60,872 nt of DNA from Welwitschia mirabilis (Eukaryota), in contig JBOZIK010000001.1 in the NCBI GenBank assembly GCA_051453625.1, positions 40,932,137 to 40,993,008 of the forward strand, in the 5' to 3' direction. The position numbers were made by a program, and so were the translations under genes. Below, piece after piece: positions 24,439-36,463 of this stretch. The notes under the pieces are model-generated. The model saw only the letters and a program-made list of their open reading frames with translations, was not told where the DNA came from and did not search any database. Numbering within the stretch: position 1 is the stretch's first letter; each line of letters starts with the position of its first letter.

Positions 24439-27400
24439 TGGTGCTAAAGGAGGGTCCTCTTGTTGGTTTTTCAATTATTCATCAGATCTTTCGCATCCAC
24501 CTTTCCCATTGCCTTGTCTTTACTTAAAACAACCACAATGCCAGTGTCAACAAAAGGCAAAAAGGCCTATATTTTTTAGGAGATATACAAACTCCTCATC
24601 TAATAAGATCCCTCTATGCTTGCTGCAGATGAGCTTCGTGCCATTATGGATTACAAAACCTATTATGATACATACCTTATCCACCCTAGTGAGCAATCCG
24701 TGTTATAGCATTTAATAGGTTAGGGTTAACTAATTAAGAAAAAGAGTCAGATTCATCAGAATGAATTCCTCCGTGAAAGAAGCAATGATGAAGAGTTTAT
24801 TAATGAATGGAGTCATGAAGAAAATCTAGAAACCCAGCAATAACCACAAATGTAAAACCTAAAGAAATAGGTTGACGATGTCAATAGCCTATTCAAGTAC
24901 TTCACACATGGAGAACAATCACCCACAAATAGACGAGCCAAAATAGGGCTTTCAACCAACCTAATTTGACTATTATCTGGAAAGCTATTAATGACCTAAA
25001 ACAAGGTCTCCAGAATAAGAAGAGCTATTTAGAATCTGATGACTTATGCCTTACCATGACGTTACCCTACCACTGAGTTAAAAGGACTTGCTTGTTTCGT
25101 TTTACTAAGTAGGGTTTTCTATTAAAGCTCAGAAAAATCAAGCTCGTAGCGTCTACCAAAAGAAATGCAACAATCACAAAGATTAGTACCCGCTTTACAG
25201 TCTTATTGGTTAATAATGCATGTAACTATTATTTTCTACAGTCTTCAGAACAAGAAGAGATATTTAGAATCTTATTTCGATCACACCTTGATACACTCCT
25301 CTGTCCCTTGTAAAATCCTCACACCAAACAAAATGCCATATCTTGAAAAGTTCACTAGCATAGAAGACCATATCATGCGCGTTAGAAGTTTCAAACATAT
25401 GTGTCATATGTATAATGTTGACTGCAACAGCGCATGTCATCTGTTCTATTGCTCTCTGAAGAGACAAACTCTTGAGTGGTATCACTGCATACCTATACAT
25501 TCTACCATAGGTTTAAAACAACTCCTTGAAATGTTTGTCCAACATTATTCAATCAATATCTCAAAGAGGATGATCTTAGACACTCTGATTACCATGTGAC
25601 AATAGTTCAACAAGACTATATAAGAATACGTGCATAAATGGAGATTCATCACACTACAGTTGGAGACTTCCATCATGGACTCAGATATGGTGTATCTTTT
25701 TGCTAAGTCATGTACATCATATGTGTCAAAACACCTTACAATGCAATTGTTTGAAACCTTCAAGCCAGCTATCACCCAAGCTGAGAGAATAAAAGTTGTA
25801 GGAGAAGAGAAACGAGTCATAAAATATGACAACACCTCCCAAAGGGAACTGTCCAAAAAGAACAACAATACTAGAGGTAGTAATCCAAAAAATGTTATTG
25901 TCTTTATTCAACCAACTCAACCAGTTTACCCGCCCCCAACTGATGGACAACCTACTGATGGTGCAAATGGCACCTTAAGCTTTTTTCGCTTTTCAACCAA
26001 CTTATCATCAATCATACTAGCCTTCACTGTGACAAGTGCAACCACAATCATAACCTCAATAATAGGCATGTATGCCTCAAAATCAAGACCAAAATAAGTC
26101 TCAAAATCGAACCACAATCTCTCAACCCAGAAGGAGCTTTACAAAACTAAATATCCCAATAAGACAAATCCTCTTAAGGCTACTAAAAAAAGGTGCAATC
26201 CAATTTCCTCCAATCAGACAAAAGAACTCAAATGCACCCAAACCAAGAGGGTATGATGAGTTGAAGTACTATAAGTATCATCAAGTCCAAGGACATCATA
26301 CTGAGAACTGTTTTAATCTAAAACACATTATAAAACAAAAAGGACATAAAGTTTGACATGATCTTAACAGTTGTAAATAAACAACTTGAGATCTATAAAA
26401 ACCCCTTTCCTTCTCAACTTTTGATATGAAATCACCATAAAAAGTAGTGTTTCAAAATGACAATGATCCCTTTCCAACCCTAGTAATTCAAGATCAATCT
26501 GAGAAGCCACTAGAGCAAGTCGTTTAGAAGAACGAGACAAAATTAGAAGTAATGGTTCGAGCAAAATACTCATCCTTTCCCTCGTTCACAAACGCCAACG
26601 TAGCCACTTGCCACTAAAGTAGAGACGGCATAACATTATTTAACCTCATTAATTGAGAGGTCTAAGCTCCATAGACTTACATTTGAAAGGATGTACGAGG
26701 AGCTTTTAAGCTTGAAATCACGTCTTAATCAAAGTCATCAACCGCCCAATGAAGAAGCTACCTCAAAGTACATGCTTGTTCAAAAGAGCAAAGAAGACGA
26801 GGAAGCAATCCAATTCTCACACAATGAAATCTCTACAACCCCAAAGAAGATGATCATAGCTGCAAGGATAAATCAAGAGGAACAGTCACTTTACTTGTCA
26901 AAGTGGCGTGGACGGTCAACATACTGAATTCCATGTAATAGACAATGCCGCAACATTTAACTTGCTACTAGGTCGTCCTTCAATCATGGACATGACGATA
27001 ATTATATCTTTATGACACCAAAACCTAAAGTTTGTCAGATCAAAGATGTTAGTGACACAGGAAAGAAGTCACACAATGGTGAACGTCAAGGTATCATCTC
27101 AATCCTCTTCCTCATCACTGTTTCAAATACCAAAAAAAGGAATCATCCCTTTCTTACACTTTGAACATGATCCAGTGGACCCTCATAAGATGAAGATCTT
27201 ACTCATTCCTGACACTCAAACCCTAGAAGCAGGATGGATTCCATTCCTCCCAAATGACTTTCAACTAGCTCATGATTTAAAATTCTCTAATAACAAAAGA
27301 TAAAATTCAAAAAAAGCATTAAAAAAAATATTCATTTAAAACCCAAAAAAATATAACACGAAAAAAACAAAAAAAAGTGAAAACACAAAAATTAAAAAAG

Positions 27401-29450
27401 AATATGTACATATGTGTATATATATAAAATAAAAAAATTAGAAAAAAGAAAAAAAACAAACGGAAAAAAACAAAACAAGACAAAAAAAAGCAAAAAAAAA
27501 AAAAGTTAGTTTACTCATCTAGTTAAAATGCAAAGGACAAGGTCCTTCACGGTCAAATTACCTCACACAAAAAAAGTTTGCATAGTTGAGGAAAGTCTCT
27601 ACTGCTGAGCAAAAACCTCAGCCTACTCCATTGCTCATGAACACTCTCAAAGTGTAATTTTTAAGCTTTTCAAAGGGGAAAAATTGAAAACAACAAAAGA
27701 GGAAAGACTAAAGTCTCTTCTAAAAATAGTTTATGCTTTTACTTTTTGAGTCTTTTAGTCAAACTAACTTGACAAGTTTTTCAATGTTTTCTTTTGGTTC
27801 ACTCCTCATTCTGGTTATCATAGTGATTTCCTAGGGAAACATTGGATCTTCTTAAATTAAGAGTAGATAAGTGAAAACACCGAGGTATATGAAACGGTGA
27901 AGTCAGAAAGATAAAGTCATCTCTAGTGAAATAGCAGAATGTCATAACATAGGATATCCTAGTGGACCCCATTAGTCAAAAGACATCTCTCAAAATCAAT
28001 GAACAACTACTGCAACAGACCAAATCTAAGCTTGAAAATGTGTTGTCTTCCAATAGGGACATCTTTGCCTGGCATTACAAAGATATGCCAGGAATCAACA
28101 AATCAATAGTCATGCATAACATCATCCTAAAGCCAAACTTGTTCCCAGTGAGACAAAAGGTTAGAAAAACAAACCCTCATCTTGCATTAGTGATAAAACA
28201 AGACCTAGGACATATTTTGACTATTGGTTTCATCTGACTAGTAGACTATTTAGATTGACTATCAAACATGATGATCGTTTCAAAGAAGAATGGCAAGATC
28301 AAGATTATTGATTACTATGACCTAAACAAGATTACCTTAAAGGATGACTATCCTTTACTAAACATTGACAATTGACATCCTACTAGATTACACTATTGGT
28401 TATAATATCTTATCATTCAGGGATGGTTACTCAATTTATAATCAAATATCTATCAATCCTGTGGATCAACACAAGACAACTTTTATAATGCCATGGGGTT
28501 TCTTTTATTACATCATAATCTCTTTCGAATTAAAGAACACTGGCACAACCTACCAGTGTGCAATGACATACATCTTTCATAACACGATCCACTGCAATGT
28601 GGAAGACTACGTCAATGATGTTCAAATTAAAGATAATCACCGATCATCTGAATAACTTAACTTTTCATGCAAGCAAGGTTGTATAATCTGCACCTAAATC
28701 CAAAGAAATGTGTATTTGGTGCACCATCAGGAAAACTCTTAGGATTCATAGTATTAAAAAGAGGCATAGAAATTAACCTAGATAAGATCAAAGTAATTAC
28801 TGATATGCCATCACCACGTAAATTGAAATAGTTACATAGTCTTTAAGATAGACTACAAGCAATAGCTGATTTATTTCATCTTGGATAAATTAATGTGAAC
28901 CATTTATGCATTTACTCAAGAAAGATAGTCAATTCAAGTGGTACAAAAATTGTCAAAAGGCTTTCAATAGCTTCAAGAAATATTTGACATTTGCCCCCTA
29001 TTCTAAGTCCACCTAAGCTTGATTAATCATTCTGCCTTTATTTAGCATATACATCATCATCAATCAGTGCAATGATCTTTTAACATGACAAATTACATCA
29101 AGGTCACCCAATTTATTACATCAACAGGACACTGCATCAATGTAAGAAAAGTTACAGGGAAGTTAAAAAGGCATGTCTGACTTTAATTTTTGCTTAAGAA
29201 AAGTTTCGTTATTATATAATAACAAATAAAACGATTGTGATCAATAATCAGATTTTACTCAAACATTTGCTTGAATATTCCACTGCTAGCACGCATTTAA
29301 CAAAGTGGGCATCGATTCTTGCTGAATTGACTTAGAATTTCAATCTCAAAAATCAGTTAAAGGTAAATGCGTGGTCAAATAAATAGCAGACCTACCAATA
29401 GAAGCTGAAGGTGAGATCTTAGGTGAATCTAAATAATTCCTCAATGAGCT
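24439..29450 (+). mobile_element. Tat/Ogre-type Ty3/gypsy internal region (PBS, gag, protease, RT, RNase H), degenerate and truncated before integrase
   Basis: PBS-like TGGTGCTAAAGGAGGG at 24439, gag SLKRQTLEWYH and YKYHQVQGHHTENCFNLKH, protease FHVID...FNLLLGRP (~26930-26980), RT DIFAWHYKDMPGI, LSFRDGYSIYNQI, DQHKTTFIMPWG and VEDYVND, RNase H region ~29030-29400. Confidence 0.9.
27962..28960 (+). pseudogene. Gypsy reverse transcriptase domain (disrupted)
   Basis: ORFs 27962-28237 and 28365-28655, followed by LNPKKCVFG...GKLLGFIV. Multiple stops and frameshifts. Confidence 0.88.
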
Positions 29451-30274
29451 ATGTTATTGCATGATCAAGTGATTTTGAAGCCATTTTTTCATCTAAGAGC
29501 CAAAGTGATGAACCTAAACATTGAAAAAATATCCTAAAGCGACGACCTATCTAACTTTCAAGGCTTAGCTGTTTTAATGATTCTAGTTTTCCTCTCTCTG
29601 TCAGCTAGAAGAACAGATACAATAGGGTATACAAAAACATGTGGAGTAGCACTTGTTCTCATTGTTATTAAGTGCCACAGGTAAGAATCCACATTTTACA
29701 TGCCATCATCTATTTATACTTACCTATGTGTAGGTAGAGCACATTGCGTTATCTCCTGAGATACATTTGCAATTGCACATGGTAAAGTGTTTATGCCTTA
29801 GTTGAAGACCGACGAACATTTCTTTTTCTTCTTCTATTAAGGAAATGTCCTCAAGTTTCAGACTCTATAACCCTGGTTTTGGAGAAATTCCTGAGACATC
29901 ACACTTCTCCAATCATAAAAGAAATAAAATCACCATCATTGGTAACTTCAATCTACTTAATAAGGCTTTTTCTGATGCTAAAGCAGTGAACAAAGCCACA
30001 GCTATACTGGCAAAAGCCATTAAACCAAAAGCCGAAGGCAGTGATCTGTCTTCATTGGATGAAGATGTAGAACCTTTATTACTACCTGATGGAGTAGTTG
30101 GCAGAATGTTATTGGCATTGCTTCTACGTACCTGTTGCACCACCTGCAGCAGTTGGTCTTGTCCTATTGTGATATGATGGAGGGGACATTGTTGATGAAT
30201 TGAATAGCGTCTGTTGGAGGTCCTTCCACTTGTTGCTTATACAACATCCATGTCTTGTAAGACTTTCCTAAATA

Positions 30275-30430
30275 CAATATGTTGAACATCAAATGACATG
30301 GATGATGGTTGAAATGGAAGAACCATTCCTTTATTGGAAGAGGCTATTACATCTAATTCAATGTTTGAACCATGAATATTGAATAGCTGACTAATAAACC
30401 TAGGAATTTGATCTTGCACTTCTCTTGTCT
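30275..30430 (-). pseudogene. Fragment of a full-size ABCG/PDR transporter exon
   Basis: KGMVLPFQPSSMSFD matches the conserved PDR motif (K/R)GMVLPFxPLS(M/L)xF that precedes NBD2, and is preceded by a CTGCAG acceptor. No other PDR exons are seen. Confidence 0.6.
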
Positions 30431-31219
30431 GCAGTAACATAATTGAAAAAATCCATACCTTGCTAATCATGAATAAAGCTTCAACTACTTGGCTAATCAT
30501 GAGTAAACCATTATTTACAAAGTAAAGAAAAGTCCATCATCATAAATACCTAGCTAATCATGATTAAAGAATCTCTTATAAAGCAAATAAAAGCTAATCA
30601 CCTTGAACTTAAAGAAATAATTTCTCAATGTACATTGAAAAAAATACAATCTAACTGACAACAAAGATGCATTATCTTATTTTATCTAAATTGCTTCTAG
30701 TCCTAAAAGTTTCCACCTTTTCTATGAGTTTCTTTAAAATGGTGTAGCTAAGAAATATCTTTTATGGAAGTTAACAATAAATTCAATAAGGCATGACCAA
30801 AATCTTGCATTTAATTTAGAAACAAAACACATTTAGTAAAGTTATTATTATCCTTAATTTCTACATTAGATTAAAAACTATAAAAACTTATAGATCAAAA
30901 ATGGCTGTAGCATCACACGAGTCTATTAGTGGGTCATCTTCTAATGTGTCCCATGAAGTATTGATGAATAGGTCTAATGAATTTAAACATTATTAGTTAA
31001 AATAGTTTATGTTGATAAGGAAAAAGAAAGAAGAAAGCACACTATCAAATAATATCTGTGGACATGTTGCAACTATAATTTGATTATAATATTGGGCATT
31101 AATAGTTAAGAATGTTTAAAGCACAGTATTCATAGTCAAAATGATCTAAAACATGCAGTTAAAAACATAATGGATGCCGGAATTATTAGGAAAATAACCA
31201 TTTCTTGTCAAACTTGTAG

Positions 31220-32588
31220 TTTACATTTTTCACAACTATCGATGGGAAGATCAAGGCATGGTTATATGATTCAATGGGCTTCATCGTAGATTATGATGCA
31301 CTAGGATTATAGTGCACCACCATGGCTTACANNNNNNNNNNTGAAATGTATTAATGATAATTATGTAATGCAGTTTGGTGCTTTTTATCTTCCAATTTTC
31401 TAGTTTAATTATGAGTTACTCTTTTAGCCTATTTTGAGTGGAATGAATAAAGAGGGTGGTTCTTTCTAGGAGAATTGAATGAAAATGAGGCAATTATTAA
31501 ACATACTTACCTTGGTTTTCGAAAGCATTCTCTTGGAATGGTACAGTTTGATACTACGAAGCACAAGTTCTTAGCAGCTAGGAATGAATTTAAAATTAGA
31601 TTTTGGGATATGTATATCACAAATATGTTAACTAGTACCAATGCTAATGGCAGTTTATCTATAATTATTCAATGCTTCCTACATTTTCTTTTTGTTTTTC
31701 TTGTCTTTTCCCCCTAACTTTGTAACATCACACTTTATTTTTAATTAAAGGTAAGTCCCCAGCTTTTCTTTAACAAAGATGGTTCTCTATTAATTGCAAT
31801 AGAAAGTGAAAATGAAATCAAGATATTAGCTAATGCAAAAGGGCTTCAATTGATTGATATGTTTGATAGCAGAACCTTTGATAGAGGAAGGGTATGACTA
31901 GAATCAATACGAATGAAGGTATGTTGCTTGTGCTATTTGTTATTAAATTTGAAGTTACCTATCCATATGTGGCTTACATTATTAGTCATTTTTTCTGTAG
32001 TCAATTGTTAATGTGATGCCTATTACAGTTAGTACAACAATAACTATTCCTCATGATATTAAACAAACAGAGAGAATTACTCCTATAAGATCTATGACTA
32101 GCTTTGTAAGGGTACTTTCCTTCTATTGCCTTGGGACTTTTCATTAAATCACATTAATTTTCTTTTGTTCTTCTATGATATGCTACTAGGGGGTGCTAGT
32201 ATTAAAATTTATTTGAATATCATAATTAGATTTTAATTCTATCATAGAATGGCACTAATCATCGAACTCAGGATGTGAAACCAAGGATATTAGATGGTAT
32301 GGGAGATAAGGTTAAGAACTGGAAATTACTAGAGATCGTTGGACCAAGTCTCTCAAGTTATTAGACCCAGCACCCTGATCGAAGGTTGGTTTTATGGTTT
32401 TTGGCCTTTGTGATTACTTTATTGTGATCTTGGGGGTTTTGTGGAATCAAGGAAAATGACATATGATGTATTTCGTAGTTAGCAAGGCTGATATACATAA
32501 ATTCTATAATTTCCATATTAGCTTTTGTGTCCAATGCTTTACATAAATTATGGAAATAGCAACAGACTGAGCGTAATCCATCTAGGAA
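31220..32588 (+). pseudogene. TPL: TOPLESS/TOPLESS-related WD40 co-repressor gene fragment, copy A (six internal exons with introns)
   Basis: TTIDGKIKAWLYDSMG..DYDA, EAIIKHTYLGFRKHSLGMVQFDTTK, FNKDGSLL..ENEIKILANA, DVKPRI..KNWKL and RLIYINS..SNALHKLWK. Contains stops, and no LisH/CTLH or C-terminal exons are present. Confidence 0.9.
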
Positions 32589-33253
32589 GTTGATATTTTA
32601 AGATTGCAAGCAANNNNNNNNNNNNNNNNNNNNNNNNNNNNNNNNNNNNNNNNNNNNNNNNNNNNNNNNNNNNNNNNNNNNNNNNNNNNNNNNNNNNNNN
32701 NNNNNNNNNNNNNTTTTATCTAAATTGCTTCTGGTCCTACAAGTTTCCACCTTTTCTATGAGTTTCTTTAAAATGGTGTAGCTAAGAAATATCTTTATGG
32801 AAGTTAACTATAAATTCAATAAGGCATGACCAAAATCTTGCATTTAATGTAGAAATAAAGCATATTTAGTAAAGTTGCTATTGTCCTTGGTTTCTACATT
32901 AGATCAAAACCTATTTACCTTACAGGTCAAAAACGACTGCAGCATCACATAAGTCTATCAGTGGATCATCTTATAGTGTGCCCCATGAAGTATACTGAGG
33001 AATAGGTCTATTGAATTTAAACATTATTAGTTAAAATAGTTTCGGTTGAAAAAGAAAAAGAAAGAAGAAAGCACACTACCAAACAATATCTGTGGACATG
33101 TTGCAACTGTACATTTGATTCTGAGATTGTGCATTAATAGTCAGGAATGTTTGAAGCAAGTAGTCATAGCTAAAATGATTTAAAACATGGAGCTGAAAAC
33201 ATAATGGATGCTGGAATTATTAGGAAAATAACCGTTTCTTGTCAACTTTGCAG

Positions 33254-35288
33254 TTTATATTTTCCACAACTATCGATGGAAAGATCAAGGCATGGTTATA
33301 TGATTCAATGGGCTCCAGGGCAGGTTATGATGCACCAGGACTGCACCACCATGGCTTATTAGTGCTGATGGAACATGATAATGATAATTATGCAATGCAG
33401 TTTTGTACTCTCTGTCTTCTAGTCTTCTAGTTTAATTGTGAGTTATGCTTTTAGCCTGTTTTCAAGTGGGATGACAAAAGAGGATGATTCTTTTCTGGTA
33501 GAATGGAACAAAAGTGAGGGGGCTATTAAACGTACTTACCTTGGTTTCCGGAAGTGTTCTCTTGGAGTGGGACAGTTTGATACTACGAGGAACAGATTGT
33601 TGGCAGCCGATGATGAATTTAAAATTGAATTTTGGGATATGGATAACACAAATAAGTTGACTAGCACTGATGCTACTAGCGGTTTATCTGTAATTATTCA
33701 ATGCTTCCTACATTTTCTTTTTCTTTTTCTTTTTCTTATCTTTTTCCCTCTGATTTTGTACCATCACACTTTAGTTTCAATCACAGNNNNNNNNNNNNNN
33801 NNNNNNNNNNNNNNNNNNNNNNNNNNNNNNNNNNNNNNNNNNNNNNNNNNNNNNNNNNNNNNNNNNNNNNNNNNNNNNNNNNNNNNNNNNNNNNNNNNNN
33901 NNNNNNNNNNNNNNNNNNNNNNNNNNNNNNNNNNNNNNNNNNNNNNNNNNNNNNNNNNNNNNNNNNNNNNNNNNNNNNNNNNNNNNNNNNNNNNNNNNNN
34001 NNNNNNNNNNNNNNNNNNNNNNNNNNNNNNNNNNNNNNNNNNNNNNNNNNNNNNNNNNNNNNNNNNNNNNNNNNNNNNNNNNNNNNNNNNNNNNNNNNNN
34101 NNNNNNNNNNNNNNNNNNNNNNNNNNNNNNNNNNNNNNNNNNNNNNNNNNNNNNNNNNNNNNNNNNNNNNNNNNNNNNNNNNNNNNNNNNNNNNNNNNNN
34201 NNNNNNNNNNNNNNNNNNNNNNNNNNNNNNNNNNNNNNNNNNNNNNNNNNNNNNNNNNNNNNNNNNNNNNNNNNNNNNNNNNNNNNNNNNNNNNNNNNNN
34301 NNNNNNNNNNNNNNNNNNNNNNNNNNNNNNNNNNNNNNNNNNNNNNNNNNNNNNNNNNNNNNNNNNNNNNNNNNNNNNNNNNNNNNNNNNNNNNNNNNNN
34401 NNNNNNNNNNNNNNNNNNNNNNNNNNNNNNNNNNNNNNNNNNNNNNNNNNNNNNNNNNNNNNNNNNNNNNNNNNNNNNNNNNNNNNNNNNNNNNNNNNNN
34501 TGAAAATGGAATCAAGATATTAGCTAATGCAGAAGGACTCCAATTGATTAGTATGTTTGATAGCAGAACCTTTGATGGAGGAAGGGTACCATTAGAATCA
34601 ATAGGAATGAAGGTATGTTGCTTGTGCTATTTGTTATCAATTCTGAAGTCACCTATCCATATGTGGCTTACATGATTAGTCATTTTTTTTTGTAGTCAAT
34701 GTGATGCTTGCTGTGGTTAGGGCAACAGCAACTATTCCTGGTGATATTGAATGAACAGAAAGAATTACTCCTACAGGATTTATGACGAGCTTTGTAACAG
34801 CGTTTTCCCTCTATTGCCTTGAGACTTTTCAATTGAATCACATCAATTTTCTTTTGTTCCGCTATGATACGCTACTAGGTGCCATCAATATTGAAATTTA
34901 TTTGACTGTCACAATTGGATTTTGATTCTGTCACATAATGATACTGACCATCGAATACAGGATGTGAAACCAAGGATATTAGATAGTGTGGGAGACAAGG
35001 TTAAGAACTGGAAATTACCAAAGATAATTGAACCTAGGCAATGCAGGTCTCTCAGGTTATCAGAGCCAGCACACAGATTGAAGGTTAGTTTTATGGTTTT
35101 TGGCTTTTGTGATTATTCTCTTGTGATCTCGAGGGTTTAGTGGAATCAAAGAAAATTACATATGATGTATTTCGCATATAGAAAGGTTAATATACACAAA
35201 CTTTGGAATGTCCATATTAGCTTTTGCATCCAATGCTTTACATAAATTATAGAAATGGCAACGAACTGAGCATAATCGATCTGGGAAG
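33254..35288 (+). pseudogene. TPL: TOPLESS/TOPLESS-related gene fragment, copy B
   Basis: FIFSTTIDGKIKAWLYDSMGSRAGYDAPG, FLVEWNKSEGAIKRTYLGFRKCSLGVGQFDTTRNR, ENGIKILANAEG, DVKPRILD..WKLPKIIEPRQCRSLRL. Frameshift after DAPG and stops downstream. Confidence 0.9.
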
Positions 35289-35589
35289 GTGATATCTTAA
35301 GATTGCAAACAATTGTTTGCTGCACATTTTGGTGGTTCAAATAAAAACTTCTAGAGCTATATCTGGTACATTGTGTAAGATCTTTCTTTCATGATAATCA
35401 CTAATGTCCCTGCTCCAGTAGTTATTGTTGCATTCTGTTTGTTACAATGTATAGAAAGGACACATTTCTAAACAGGCTTGTGAGGGTAATTTCCAGAAAA
35501 GAAGGAAACACATACTTGAAAGTGCTTTCTATAGTTCTGAATAGAAGAAGTCTTTTCCTTCTGAACTTGGTACAAAATACTCAGTTAAC

Positions 35590-35712
35590 CATATCTCTAA
35601 TGATCTCTATCACTCCCCTGACATCTGCAGCAGCAAGCTGTAAATACTCACCTATCAAATTACCATCACTGAACTCTTTCTAGATAGTCATAATGCTTTC
35701 ATGAATAGGCCC
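35590..35712 (-). pseudogene. Isolated exon of an unidentified gene (GPIHESIMTI*KEFSDGNLIGEYLQLAAADVRGVIEIIRDM)
   Basis: 123 nt bounded by a TTTTGTGTTGTTTGCAG acceptor and a GT donor. Protein-like composition with one TAG, which could derive from CAG or TGG. Confidence 0.5.
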
Positions 35713-36463
35713 CTGCAAACAACACAAAAGGCATAAGGCAAATGACATTGAGAACCCAATGAGAAAATTCATCATAATTATCTCTTTTCAAATGTATAAT
35801 GTTAAGTATGACATGGCCTTTTGATTCTATATCCCTTTTCGCTTCATAGTCTTGAAATAAACATATTTGTACTTATACAATAATATGAATGTTTCAAACA
35901 GTGTTATCACTACTGCTAACAAGAATGCAAATACAATTAAATTAACTATTAAGGAACGTCACTACCAAACAGTAGAGAAGCGAACTTTGTGGTAAACATA
36001 CGAAAGATAAGGTACTCTAAACTAATGGAAACTAAGGTACTCTAAATTAATGGAAAATGGATACTAAAGGTACTCTAAACTACACTAATACAGTAAGATC
36101 TCTGAATGTGAGACTGACCATCATTTATTACAAATGGAGAGAGTTTGCTTTGTCTTGCATGTGTTTTATCAATTTTAAGTGGAGAGAGATTTTCCACCTT
36201 AACCAAGACAACACCTTTTTGACCTCAATTCCATGGACAGATCACTAAATATTAAGCTTCCAGAGCTATAGTTGAAATTGAACAGTTCACAAACCAAGCT
36301 CAAACAAGGGGCCAGGTGCAGAATGTCTTATTAAAAATAACATATAAAGAGAAACAAAAAAGGAGAAGCACAAACAAACAAGCAACACAGATTTCATGTG
36401 AATAAGCCTCCTTCAAGATGACATGCACAAGAAAAGTGCAGAAGTCTATTATTCTTCAGCTAC

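Larger units (their letters stand above)
30680..35315 (+). repeat. Direct duplication (~1.9 kb unit): 30680-32613 vs 32714-~35315, separated by an N gap
   Basis: Both copies begin TTTTATCTAAATTGCTTCT and end AAGATTGCAA, and are colinear with many substitutions. Confidence 0.9.

Noticed and set aside
33438..34675. Long ORFs of 244-361 aa in the ORF track
   Set aside because: Lengths are artefacts of translating N runs. The same applies to the ORFs spanning 51033-51665.
36010..36080. Three ~25-bp AAGGTACTCTAAA units
   Set aside because: An ordinary small slippage duplication with no further structure.
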